Assembly (NCBI GenBank): GCA_964057225.1
Contig: OZ059895.1
Span: 1,054,001 to 1,118,000, forward strand
Reading direction: 5' to 3'
Length of the DNA: 64,000 bases
Source: Auanema rhodensis
Lineage: Eukaryota > Animalia > Nematoda
Below the pieces are notes generated by a model. The model was not told the origin of the DNA, ran no database searches, and saw only the letters and a list, made by a program, of their open reading frames with translations. Shown here in pieces: positions 1 to 11,690 of this stretch (positions are counted from its first letter, which is position 1; each line of letters opens with the position of its first letter). The position numbers and the translations under genes were made by a program.

Positions 1-27
1 GCTTAAAAATGCACCGAGATATCAACT

Positions 28-49
28 GATATAAGTTCACACTTATATC
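28..49. other. Perfect 9-bp inverted repeat with 4-nt spacer (GATATAAGT-TCAC-ACTTATATC), once per monomer
   Basis: Arms 28-36 and 41-49 are exact reverse complements; overlaps a second dyad, ATATCA-AC-TGATAT (19-32). Confidence 0.95.
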
Positions 50-151
50 CTCGATTTTCACCCTGAAGAATTAATTTTTTCGTTGAATAACATTGTCCAT
101 CGTCTTTGCCTTGAAAAAAGGAATCTAAAAACATCTACTTTTTGCTAAATT

Positions 152-172
152 ATTTCGAAATTTTTCGAAAAA
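152..172. other. Abutting palindromes ATTTCGAAAT (152-161) and TTTTTCGAAAAA (161-172) in an A/T-tract-rich segment, once per monomer
   Basis: Read directly from sequence; the first palindrome is broken in copies carrying the common C156T variant. Confidence 0.9.
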
Positions 173-199
173 ACTTTTGTCAAAATGTTTTTGGAAGCA

Positions 200-227
200 A
201 TGTTGAGTGTACATGGAAACTCAACAT
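200..227. other. Perfect 9-bp inverted repeat with 10-nt spacer (ATGTTGAGT-GTACATGGAA-ACTCAACAT), once per monomer
   Basis: Arms 200-208 and 219-227 are exact reverse complements. Confidence 0.95.
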
Positions 228-310
228 ACACTAATGCATCATTTTTCAAACGATCATAACTAATTTTTGTATTAAGCGTTTCTCAATGTAGTATAGTGCA
301 TTTGATGCGG

Positions 311-361
311 ATTTTTAAGCTGCGTCGATCTGTGTTATCAGATTTGCGCTAGCTTAAAAAT
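311..361. other. Long imperfect inverted repeat with perfect 11-bp arms ATTTTTAAGCT / AGCTTAAAAAT and inner GCG/CGC and ATCTG/CAGAT pairing, once per monomer
   Basis: 311-321 pairs with 351-361; 322-324 with 347-349 (T350 bulged); 328-332 with 339-343 around a TGTTAT loop. Confidence 0.92.
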
Positions 362-3300
362 GCACCGAGATATCAACTGATATAAGTTCACACTTATATC
401 CTCGATTTTCACCCTGAAGAATTAATTTTTTCGTTGAATAACATTGTCCATCGTCTTTGCCTTGAAAAATGGAATCTAAAAACATCTACTTTTTGCTAAA
501 TTATTTCGAAATTTTTCGAAAAAACTTTTGTCAAAATGTTTTTGGAAGCAATGTTGAGTGTACATGGAAACTCAACATACACTAATGCATCATTTTTCAA
601 ACGATCATAACTAATTTTTGTATTAAGCGTTTCTCAATGTAGTATAGTGCATTTGATGCGGATTTTTAAGCTGCGTCGATCTGTGTTATCAGATTTGCGC
701 TAGCTTAAAAATGCACCGAGATATCAACTGATATAAGTTCACACTTATATCCTCGATTTTCACCCTGAAGAATTAATTTTTTCGTTGAATAACATTGTCC
801 ATCGTCTTTGCCTTGAAAAATGGAATCTAAAAACATCTACTTTTTGCTAAATTATTTTGAAATTTTTCGAAAAAATTTTTGTCAAAATGTTTTTGGAAGC
901 AATGTTGAGTGTACATGGAAACTCAACATACACTAATGCATCATTTTTCAAACAATCATAACTAAATTGTGTAATAAGCGTTTCTCAATGTAGTATAGTG
1001 CATTCGATGCGGATTTTTAAGCTGCGTCGATCTGTGTTATCAGATTTGCGCTAGCTTAAAAATGCACCGAGATATCAACTGATATAAGTTCACACTTATA
1101 TCCTCGATTTTCACCCTGAAGAATTAATTTTTTTGTTGAATAACATCGTCCATCGTCTTTGCCTTGAAAAATGAAATCTAAAAACATCTACTTTTTGCTA
1201 AATTATTTTGAAATTTTTCGAAAAAATTTTTGTCAAAATGTTTTTGGAAGCAATGTTGAGTGTACATGGAAACTCAACATACACTAATGCATCATTTTTC
1301 AAACGATCATAACTAATTTTTGTATTAAGCGTTTCTCGATGTAGTATAGTGCATTCGATGCGGATTTTTAAGCTGCGTCGATCTGTGTTATCAGATTTGC
1401 GCTAGCTTAAAAATGCACCGAGATTTTAACTGATATAAGTTCACACTTATATCCTCGATTTTCACCCTGAAGATCTAATTTTTTCGTTGAATAACATTGT
1501 CCATCGTCTTTGCCTTGAAAAATGGAATCTAAAAACATCTACTTTTTGCTAAATTATTTCGAAATTTTTCAAAAAAATTTTTGTCAAAATGTTTTTGGAA
1601 GCAATGTTGAGTGTACATGGAAACTCAACATACACTAATGCATCATTTTTCAAACGATCATAACTAATTTTTGTATTAAGCGTGTCTCAATGTAGTATAG
1701 TGCATTTGATGCGGATTTTTAAGCTGCGTCGATCTGTGTTATCAGATTTGCGCTAGCTTAAAAATGCACCGAGATATCAACTGATATAAGTTCACACTTA
1801 TATCCTCGATTTTCACCCTGAAGAATTAATTTTTTCGTTGAATAACATTGTCCATCGTCTTTGCCTTGAAAAAAGGAATCTAAAAACATCTACTTTTTGC
1901 TAAATTATTTCGAAATTTTTCGAAAAAACTTTTGTCAAAATGTTTTTGGAAGCAATGTTGAGTGTACATGGAAACTCAACATACACTAATGCATCATTTT
2001 TCAAACGATCATAACTAATTTTTGTATTAAGCGTTTCTCAATGCAGTATAGTGCATTCGATGCGGATTTTTAAGCTGCGTCGATCTGTGTTATCAGATTT
2101 GCGCTAGCTTAAAAATGCACCGAGATATCAACTGATATAAGTTCACACTTATATCCTCGATTTTCACCCTGAAGAATTAATTTTTTCGTTGAATAACATT
2201 GTCCATCGTCTTTGCCTTGAAAAAAGGAATCTAAAAACATCTACTTTTTGCTAAATTATTTCGAAATTTTTCGAAAAAACTTTTGTCAAAATGTTTTTGG
2301 AAGCAATGTTGAGTGTACATGGAAACTCAACATACACTAATGCATCATTTTTCAAACGATCATAACTAATTTTTGTATTAAGCGTTTCTCAATGCAGTAT
2401 AGTGCATTCGATGCGGATTTTTAAGCTGCGTCGATCTGTGTTATCAGATTTGCGCTAGCTTAAAAATGCACCGAGATATCAACTGATATAAGTTCACACT
2501 TATATCCTCGATTTTCACCCTGAAGAATTAATTTTTTCGTTGAATAACATTGTCCATCGTCTTTGCCTTGAAAAAAGGAATCTAAAAACATCTACTTTTT
2601 GCTAAATTATTTCGAAATTTTTCGAAAAAATTTTTGTCAAAATGTTTTTGGAAGCAATGTTGAGTGTACATGGAAACTCAACATACACTAATGCATCATT
2701 TTTCAAACGATCATAACTAATTTTTGTATTAAGCGTTTCTCAATGTAGTATAGTGCATTCGATGCGGATTTTTAAGCTGCGTCGATCTGTGTTATCAGAT
2801 TTGCGCTAGCTTAAAAATGCACCGAGATATCAACTGATATAAGTTCACACTTATATCCTCGATTTTCACCCTGAAGAATTAATTTTTTCGTTGAATAACA
2901 TTGTCCATCGTCTTTGCCTTGAAAAAAGGAATCTAAAAACATCTACTTTTTGCTAAATTATTTCGAAATTTTTCGAAAAAATTTTTGTCAAAATGTTTTT
3001 GGAAGCAATGTTGAGTGTACATGGAAACTCAACATACACTAATGCATCATTTTTCAAACGATCATAACTAATTTTTGTATTAAGCGTTTCTCAATGTAGT
3101 ATAGTGCATTCGATGCGGATTTTTAAGCTGCGTCGATCTGTGTTATCAGATTTGCGCTAGCTTAAAAATGCACCGAGATATCAACTGATATAAGTTCACA
3201 CTTATATCCTCGATTTTCACCCTGAAGAATTAATTTTTTCGTTGAATAACATTGTCCATCGTCTTTGCCTTGAAAAAAGGAATCTAAAAACATCTACTTT

Positions 3301-3510
3301 TTGCTAAATTATTTCGAAATTTTTCGAAAAAACTTTTGTCAAAATGTTTTTGGAAGCAATGTTGAGTGTACATGGAAACTCAACATACACTAATGCATCA
3401 TTTTTCAAACGATCATAACTAATTTTTGTATTAAGCGTTTCTCAATGTAGTATAGTGCATTTGATGCGGATTTTTAAGCTGCGTCGATCTGTGTTATCAG
3501 ATTTGCGCTA

Positions 3511-5616
3511 GCTTAAAAATGCACCGAGATATCAACTGATATAAGTTCACACTTATATCCTCGATTTTCACCCTGAAGAATTAATTTTTTCGTTGAATAA
3601 CATTGTCCATCGTCTTTGCCTTGAAAAAAGGAATCTAAAAACATCTACTTTTTGCTAAATTATTTCGAAATTTTTCGAAAAAACTTTTGTCAAAATGTTT
3701 TTGGAAGCAATGTTGAGTGTACATGGAAACTCAACATACACTAATGCATCATTTTTCAAACGATCATAACTAATTTTTGTATTAAGCGTTTCTCAATGCA
3801 GTATAGTGCATTCGATGCGGATTTTTAAGCTGCGTCGATCTGTGTTATCAGATTTGCGCTAGCTTAAAAATGCACCGAGATATCAACTGATATAAGTTCA
3901 CACTTATATCCTCGATTTTCACCCTGAAGAATTAATTTTTTCGTTGAATAACATTGTCCATCGTCTTTGCCTTGAAAAAGGGAATCTAAAAACATCTACT
4001 TTTTGCTAAATTATTTCGAAATTTTTCGAAAAAATTTTTGTCAAAATGTTTTTGGAAGCAATGTTGAGTGTACATGGAAACTCAACATACACTAATGCAT
4101 CATTTTTCAAACGATCATAACTAATTTTTGTATTAAGCGTTTCTCAATGTAGTATAGTGCATTCGATGCGGATTTTTAAGCTGCGTCGATCTGTGTTATC
4201 AGATTTGCGCTAGCTTAAAAATGCACCGAGATATCAACTGATATAAGTTCACACTTATATCCTCGATTTTCACCCTGAAGAATTAATTTTTTCGTTGAAT
4301 AACATTGTCCATCGTCTTTGCCTTGAAAAAAGGAATCTAAAAACATCTACTTTTTGCTAAATTATTTCGAAATTTTTCGAAAAAATTTTTGTCAAAATGT
4401 TTTTGGAAGCAATGTTGAGTGTACATGGAAACTCAACATACACTAATGCATCATTTTTCAAACGATCATAACTAATTTTTGTATTAAGCGTTTCTCAATG
4501 TAGTATAGTGCATTCGATGCGGATTTTTAAGCTGCGTCGATCTGTGTTATCAGATTTGCGCTAGCTTAAAAATGCACCGAGATATCAACTGATATAAGTT
4601 CACACTTATATCCTCGATTTTCACCCTGAAGAATTAATTTTTTCGTTGAATAACATTGTCCATCGTCTTTGCCTTGAAAAAAGGAATCTAAAAACATCTA
4701 CTTTTTGCTAAATTATTTCGAAATTTTTCGAAAAAACTTTTGTCAAAATGTTTTTGGAAGCAATGTTGAGTGTACATGGAAACTCAACATACACTAATGC
4801 ATCATTTTTCAAACGATCATAACTAATTTTTGTATTAAGCGTTTCTCAATGCAGTATAGTGCATTCGATGCGGATTTTTAAGCTGCGTCGATCTGTGTTA
4901 TCAGATTTGCGCTAGCTTAAAAATGCACCGAGATATCAACTGATATAAGTTCACACTTATATCCTCGATTTTCACCCTGAAGAATTAATTTTTTCGTTGA
5001 ATAACATTGTCCATCGTCTTTGCCTTGAAAAAGGGAATCTAAAAACATCTACTTTTTGCTAAATTATTTCGAAATTTTTCGAAAAAATTTTTGTCAAAAT
5101 GTTTTTGGAAGCAATGTTGAGTGTACATGGAAACTCAACATACACTAATGCATCATTTTTCAAACGATCATAACTAATTTTTGTATTAAGCGTTTCTCAA
5201 TGTAGTATAGTGCATTCGATGCGGATTTTTAAGCTGCGTCGATCTGTGTTATCAGATTTGCGCTAGCTTAAAAATGCACCGAGATATCAACTGATATAAG
5301 TTCACACTTATATCCTCGATTTTCACCCTGAAGAATTAATTTTTTCGTTGAATAACATTGTCCATCGTCTTTGCCTTGAAAAAAGGAATCTAAAAACATC
5401 TACTTTTTGCTAAATTATTTCGAAATTTTTCGAAAAAATTTTTGTCAAAATGTTTTTGGAAGCAATGTTGAGTGTACATGGAAACTCAACATACACTAAT
5501 GCATCATTTTTCAAACGATCATAACTAATTTTTGTATTAAGCGTTTCTCAATGTAGTATAGTGCATTCGATGCGGATTTTTAAGCTGCGTCGATCTGTGT
5601 TATCAGATTTGCGCTA
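3511..5616. repeat. Local 3-monomer (1053-bp) tandem duplication
   Basis: Rare A119G variant at 3980 and 5033; each is preceded by a C174+C289 monomer and followed by a consensus monomer. Confidence 0.8.
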
Positions 5617-7469
5617 GCTTAAAAATGCACCGAGATATCAACTGATATAAGTTCACACTTATATCCTCGATTTTCACCCTGAAGAATTAATTTTTTCGTT
5701 GAATAACATTGTCCATCGTCTTTGCCTTGAAAAAAGGAATCTAAAAACATCTACTTTTTGCTAAATTATTTCGAAATTTTTCGAAAAAACTTTTGTCAAA
5801 ATGTTTTTGGAAGCAATGTTGAGTGTACATGGAAACTCAACATACACTAATGCATCATTTTTCAAACGATCATAACTAATTTTTGTATTAAGCGTTTCTC
5901 AATGCAGTATAGTGCATTCGATGCGGATTTTTAAGCTGCGTCGATCTGTGTTATCAGATTTGCGCTAGCTTAAAAATGCACCGAGATATCAACTGATATA
6001 AGTTCACACTTATATCCTCGATTTTCACCCTGAAGAATTAATTTTTTCGTTGAATAACATTGTCCATCGTCTTTGCCTTGAAAAAAGGAATCTAAAAACA
6101 TCTACTTTTTGCTAAATTATTTCGAAATTTTTCGAAAAAACTTTTGTCAAAATGTTTTTGGAAGCAATGTTGAGTGTACATGGAAACTCAACATACACTA
6201 ATGCATCATTTTTCAAACGATCATAACTAATTTTTGTATTAAGCGTTTCTCAATGCAGTATAGTGCATTCGATGCGGATTTTTAAGCTGCGTCGATCTGT
6301 GTTATCAGATTTGCGCTAGCTTAAAAATGCACCGAGATATCAACTGATATAAGTTCACAGTTATATCCTCGATTTTCACCCTGAAGAATTAATTTTTTCG
6401 TTGAATAACATTGTCCATCGTCTTTGCCTTGAAAAAAGGAATCTAAAAACATCTACTTTTTGCTAAATTATTTCGAAATTTTTCGAAAAAATTTTTGTCA
6501 AAATGTTTTTGGAAGCAATGTTGAGTGTACATGGAAACTCAACATACACTAATGCATCATTTTTCAAACGATCATAACTAATTTTTGTATTAAGCGTTTC
6601 TCAATGTAGTATAGTGCATTCGATGCGGATTTTTAAGCTGCGTCGATCTGTGTTATCAGATTTGCGCTAGCTTAAAAATGCACCGAGATATCAACTGATA
6701 TAAGTTCACACTTATATCCTCGATTTTCACCCTGAAGAATTAATTTTTTCGTTGAATAACATTGTCCATCGTCTTTGCCTTGAAAAAAGGAATCTAAAAA
6801 CATCTACTTTTTGCTAAATTATTTCGAAATTTTTCGAAAAAACTTTTGTCAAAATGTTTTTGGAAGCAATGTTGAGTGTACATGGAAACTCAACATACAC
6901 TAATGCATCATTTTTCAAACGATCATAACTAATTTTTGTATTGAGCGTTTCTCAATGTAGTATAGTGCATTCGATGCGGATTTTTAAGCTGCGTCGATCT
7001 GTGTTATCAGATTTGCGCTAGCTTAAAAATGCACCGAGATATCAACTGATATAAGTTCACACTTATATCCTCGATTTTCACCCTGAAGAATTAATTTTTT
7101 CGTTGAATAACATTGTCCATCGTCTTTGCCTTGAAAAAAGGAATCTAAAAACATCTACTTTTTGCTAAATTATTTCGAAATTTTTCGAAAAAACTTTTGT
7201 CAAAATGTTTTTGGAAGCAATGTTGAGTGTACATGGAAACTCAACATACACTAATGCATCATTTTTCAAACGATCATAACTAATTTTTGTATTAAGCGTT
7301 TCTCAATGCAGTATAGTGCATTCGATGCGGATTTTTAAGCTGCGTCGATCTGTGTTATCAGATTTGCGCTAGCTTAAAAATGCACCGAGATATCAACTGA
7401 TATAAGTTCACACTTATATCCTCGATTTTCACCCTGAAGAATTAATTTTTTCGTTGAATAACATTGTCC

Positions 7470-10400
7470 ATCGTCTTTGCCTTGAAAAAAGGAATCTAAA
7501 AACATCTACTTTTTGCTAAATTATTTCGAAATTTTTCGAAAAAACTTTTGTCAAAATGTTTTTGGAAGCAATGTTGAGTGTACATGGAAACTCAACATAC
7601 ACTAATGCATCATTTTTCAAACGATCATAACTAATTTTTGTATTAAGCGTTTCTCAATGTAGTATAGTGCATTTGATGCGGATTTTTAAGCTGCGTCGAT
7701 CTGTGTTATCAGATTTGCGCTAGCTTAAAAATGCACCGAGATATCAACTGATATAAGTTCACACTTATATCCTCGATTTTCACCCTGAAGAATTAATTTT
7801 TTCGTTGAATAACATTGTCCATCGTCTTTGCCTTGAAAAAAGGAATCTAAAAACATCTACTTTTTGCTAAATTATTTCGAAATTTTTCGAAAAAACTTTT
7901 GTCAAAATGTTTTTGGAAGCAATGTTGAGTGTACATGGAAACTCAACATACACTAATGCATCATTTTTCAAACGATCATAACTAATTTTTGTATTAAGCG
8001 TTTCTCAATGTAGTATAGTGCATTCGATGCGGATTTTTAAGCTGCGTCGATCTGTGTTATCAGATTTGCGCTAGCTTAAAAATGCACCGAGATATCAACT
8101 GATATAAGTTCACACTTATATCCTCGATTTTCACCCTGAAGAATTAATTTTTTCGTTGAATAACATTGTCCATCGTCTTTGCCTTGAAAAAAGGAATCTA
8201 AAAACATCTACTTTTTGCTAAATTATTCCGAAATTTTTCGAAAAAATTTTTGTCAAAATGTTTTTGGAAGCAATGTTGAGTGTACATGGAAACTCAACAT
8301 ACACTAATGCATCATTTTTCAAACGATCATAACTAACTTTTGTATTAAGCGTTTCTCAATGTAGAATAGTGCATTCGATGCGGATTTTTAAGCTGCGTCG
8401 ATCTGTGTTATCAGATTTGCGCTAGCTTAAAAATGCACCGAGATATCAACTGATATAAGTTCACACTTATATCCTCGATTTTCACCCTGAAGAATTAATT
8501 TTTTCGTTGAATAACATTGTCCATCGTCTTTGCCTTGAAAAAAGGAATCTAAAAACATCTACTTTTTGCTAAATTATTTCGAAATTTTTCGAAAAAACTT
8601 TTGTCAAAATGTTTTTGGAAGCAATGTTGAGTGTACATGGAAACTCAACATACACTAATGCATCATTTTTCAAACGATCATAACTGATTTTTGTATTAAG
8701 CGTTTCTCAATGCAGTATAGTGCATTCGATGCGGATTTTTAAGCTGCGTCGATCTGTGTTATCAGATTTGCGCTAGCTTAAAAATGCACCGAGATATCAA
8801 CTGATATAAGTTCACACTTATATCCTCGATTTTCACCCTGAAGAATTAATTTTTTCGTTGAATAACATTGTCCATCGTCTTTGCCTTGAAAAAAGGAATC
8901 TAAAAACATCTACTTTTTGCTAAATTATTTCGAAATTTTTCGAAAAAATTTTTGTCAAAATGTTTTTGGAAGCAATGTTGAGTGTACATGGAAACTCAAC
9001 ATACACTAATGCATCATTTTTCAAACGATCATAACTAATTTTTGTATTAAGCGTTTCTCAATGTAGTATAGTGCATTCGATGCGGATTTTTAAGCTGCGT
9101 CGATCTGTGTTATCAGATTTGCGCTAGCTTAAAAATGCACCGAGATATCAACTGATATAAGTTCACACTTATATCCTCGATTTTCACCCTGAAGAATTAA
9201 TTTTTTCGTTGAATAACATTGTCCATCGTCTTTGCCTTGAAAAAAGAAATCTAAAAACATCTACTTTTTGCTAAATTATTTCGAAATTTTTCGAAAAAAT
9301 TTTTGTCAAAATGTTTTTGGAAGCAATGTTGAGTGTACATGGAAACTCAACATACACTAATGCATCATTTTTCAAACGATCATAACTAATTTTTGTATCA
9401 AGCGTTTCTCAATGCAGTATAGTGCATTCGATGCGGATTTTTAAGCTGCGTCGATCTGTGTTATCAGATTTGTGCTAGCTTAAAAATGCACCGAGATATC
9501 AACTGATATAAGTTCACACTTATATCCTCGATTTTCACCCTGAAGAATTAATTTTTTCGTTGGATAACATTGTCCATCGTCTTTGCCTTGAAAAAAGGAA
9601 TCTAAAAACATCTACTTTTTGCTAAATTATTTCGAAATTTTTCGAAAAAACTTTTGTCAAAATGTTTTTGGAAGCAATGTTGAGTGTACATGGAAACTCA
9701 ACATACACTAATGCATCATTTTTCAAACGATCATAACTAATTTTTGTATTAAGCGTTTCTCAATGTAGTATAGTGCATTTGATGCGGATTTTTAAGCTGC
9801 GTCGATCTGTGTTATCAGATTTGCGCTAGCTTAAAAATGCACCGAGATATCAACTGATATAAGTTCACACTTATATCCTCGATTTTCACCCTGAAGAATT
9901 AATTTTTTCGTTGAATAACATTGTCCATCGTCTTTGCCTTGAAAAAAGGAATCTAAAAACATCTACTTTTTGCTAAATTATTTCGAAATTTTTCGAAAAA
10001 ACTTTTGTCAAAATGTTTTTGGAAGCAATGTTGAGTGTACATGGAAACTCAACATACACTAATGCATCATTTTTCAAACGATCATAACTAATTTTTGTAT
10101 TAAGCGTTTCTCAATGTAGTATAGTGCATTCGATGCGGATTTTTAAGCTGCGTCGATCTGTGTTATCAGATTTGCGCTAGCTTAAAAATGCACCGAGATA
10201 TCAACTGATATAAGTTCACACTTATATCCTCGATTTTCACCCTGAAGAATTAATTTTTTCGTTGAATAACATTGTCCATCGTCTTTGCCTTGAAAAAAGG
10301 AATCTAAAAACATCTACTTTTTGCTAAATTATTCCGAAATTTTTCGAAAAAATTTTTGTCAAAATGTTTTTGGAAGCAATGTTGAGTGTACATGGAAACT

Positions 10401-11690
10401 CAACATACACTAATGCATCATTTTTCAAACGATCATAACTAATTTTTGTATTAAGCGTTTCTCAATGTAGAATAGTGCATTCGATGCGGATTTTTAAGCT
10501 GCGTCGATCTGTGTTATCAGATTTGCGCTAGCTTAAAAATGCACCGAGATATCAACTGATATAAGTTCACACTTATATCCTCGATTTTCACCCTGAAGAA
10601 TTAATTTTTTCGTTGAATAACATTGTCCATCGTCTTTGCCTTGAAAAAAGGAATCTAAAAACATCTACTTTTTGCTAAATTATTTCGAAATTTTTCGAAA
10701 AAACTTTTGTCAAAATGTTTTTGGAAGCAATGTTGAGTGTACATGGAAACTCAACATACACTAATGCATCATTTTTCAAACGATCATAACTGATTTTTGT
10801 ATTAAGCGTTTCTCAATGCAGTATAGTGCATTCGATGCGGATTTTTAAGCTGCGTCGATCTGTGTTATCAGATTTGCGCTAGCTTAAAAATGCACCGAGA
10901 TATCAACTGATATAAGTTCACACTTATATCCTCGATTTTCACCCTGAAGAATTAATTTTTTCGTTGAATAACATTGTCCATCGTCTTTGCCTTGAAAAAA
11001 GGAATCTAAAAACATCTACTTTTTGCTAAATTATTTCGAAATTTTTCGAAAAAATTTTTGTCAAAATGTTTTTGGAAGCAATGTTGAGTGTACATGGAAA
11101 CTCAACATACACTAATGCATCATTTTTCAAACGATCATAACTAATTTTTGTATTAAGCGTTTCTCAATGTAGTATAGTGCATTCGATGCGGATTTTTAAG
11201 CTGCGTCGATCTGTGTTATCAGATTTGCGCTAGCTTAAAAATGCACCGAGATATCAACTGATATAAGTTCACACTTATATCCTCGATTTTCACCCTGAAG
11301 AATTAATTTTTTCGTTGAATAACATTGTCCATCGTCTTTGCCTTGAAAAAAGAAATCTAAAAACATCTACTTTTTGCTAAATTATTTCGAAATTTTTCGA
11401 AAAAATTTTTGTCAAAATGTTTTTGGAAGCAATGTTGAGTGTACATGGAAACTCAACATACACTAATGCATCATTTTTCAAACGATCATAACTAATTTTT
11501 GTATCAAGCGTTTCTCAATGCAGTATAGTGCATTCGATGCGGATTTTTAAGCTGCGTCGATCTGTGTTATCAGATTTGTGCTAGCTTAAAAATGCACCGA
11601 GATATCAACTGATATAAGTTCACACTTATATCCTCGATTTTCACCCTGAAGAATTAATTTTTTCGTTGGATAACATTGTCCATCGTCTTT
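7470..11690. repeat. 6-monomer (2106-bp) tandem duplication; boundaries approximate
   Basis: Variants ATTCCG and GTAGAATAG (copies at 8074/10180), AACTGATT (8425/10531) and AGAAATC+TATCAAG+TTGTGCT (9127/11233) all recur at 2106-bp spacing. Confidence 0.9.

Noticed and set aside
63-102. Hammerhead-ribozyme-like words: CTGAAGA (63-69) ... GAATAAC-ATT-GTC; hammerheads are known in newt, schistosome and cave-cricket satellites
   Set aside because: GAAA core is GAAT here, stem II does not pair and stem I is absent; the minus strand has CTGATAA rather than CTGANGA. An Infernal search with Rfam hammerhead models on a dimer would settle it.
1-351. Assignment to a named ~350-360-bp satellite family (e.g. 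Drosophila 359-bp or tenebrionid beetle satellites)
   Set aside because: Only length and AT content are similar; I do not recognise the sequence and cannot run a search.
311-361. Hairpins as bacterial intrinsic terminators or REP elements
   Set aside because: AT-rich stems, no gene context, and a 64-kb homogeneous array is not prokaryote-like.
11661-11677. TTCGTTGGA in G86 copies resembles the start of the human CENP-B box (CTTCGTTGGAAACGGGA)
   Set aside because: The essential CGGG half is missing, and a partial match is expected by chance.
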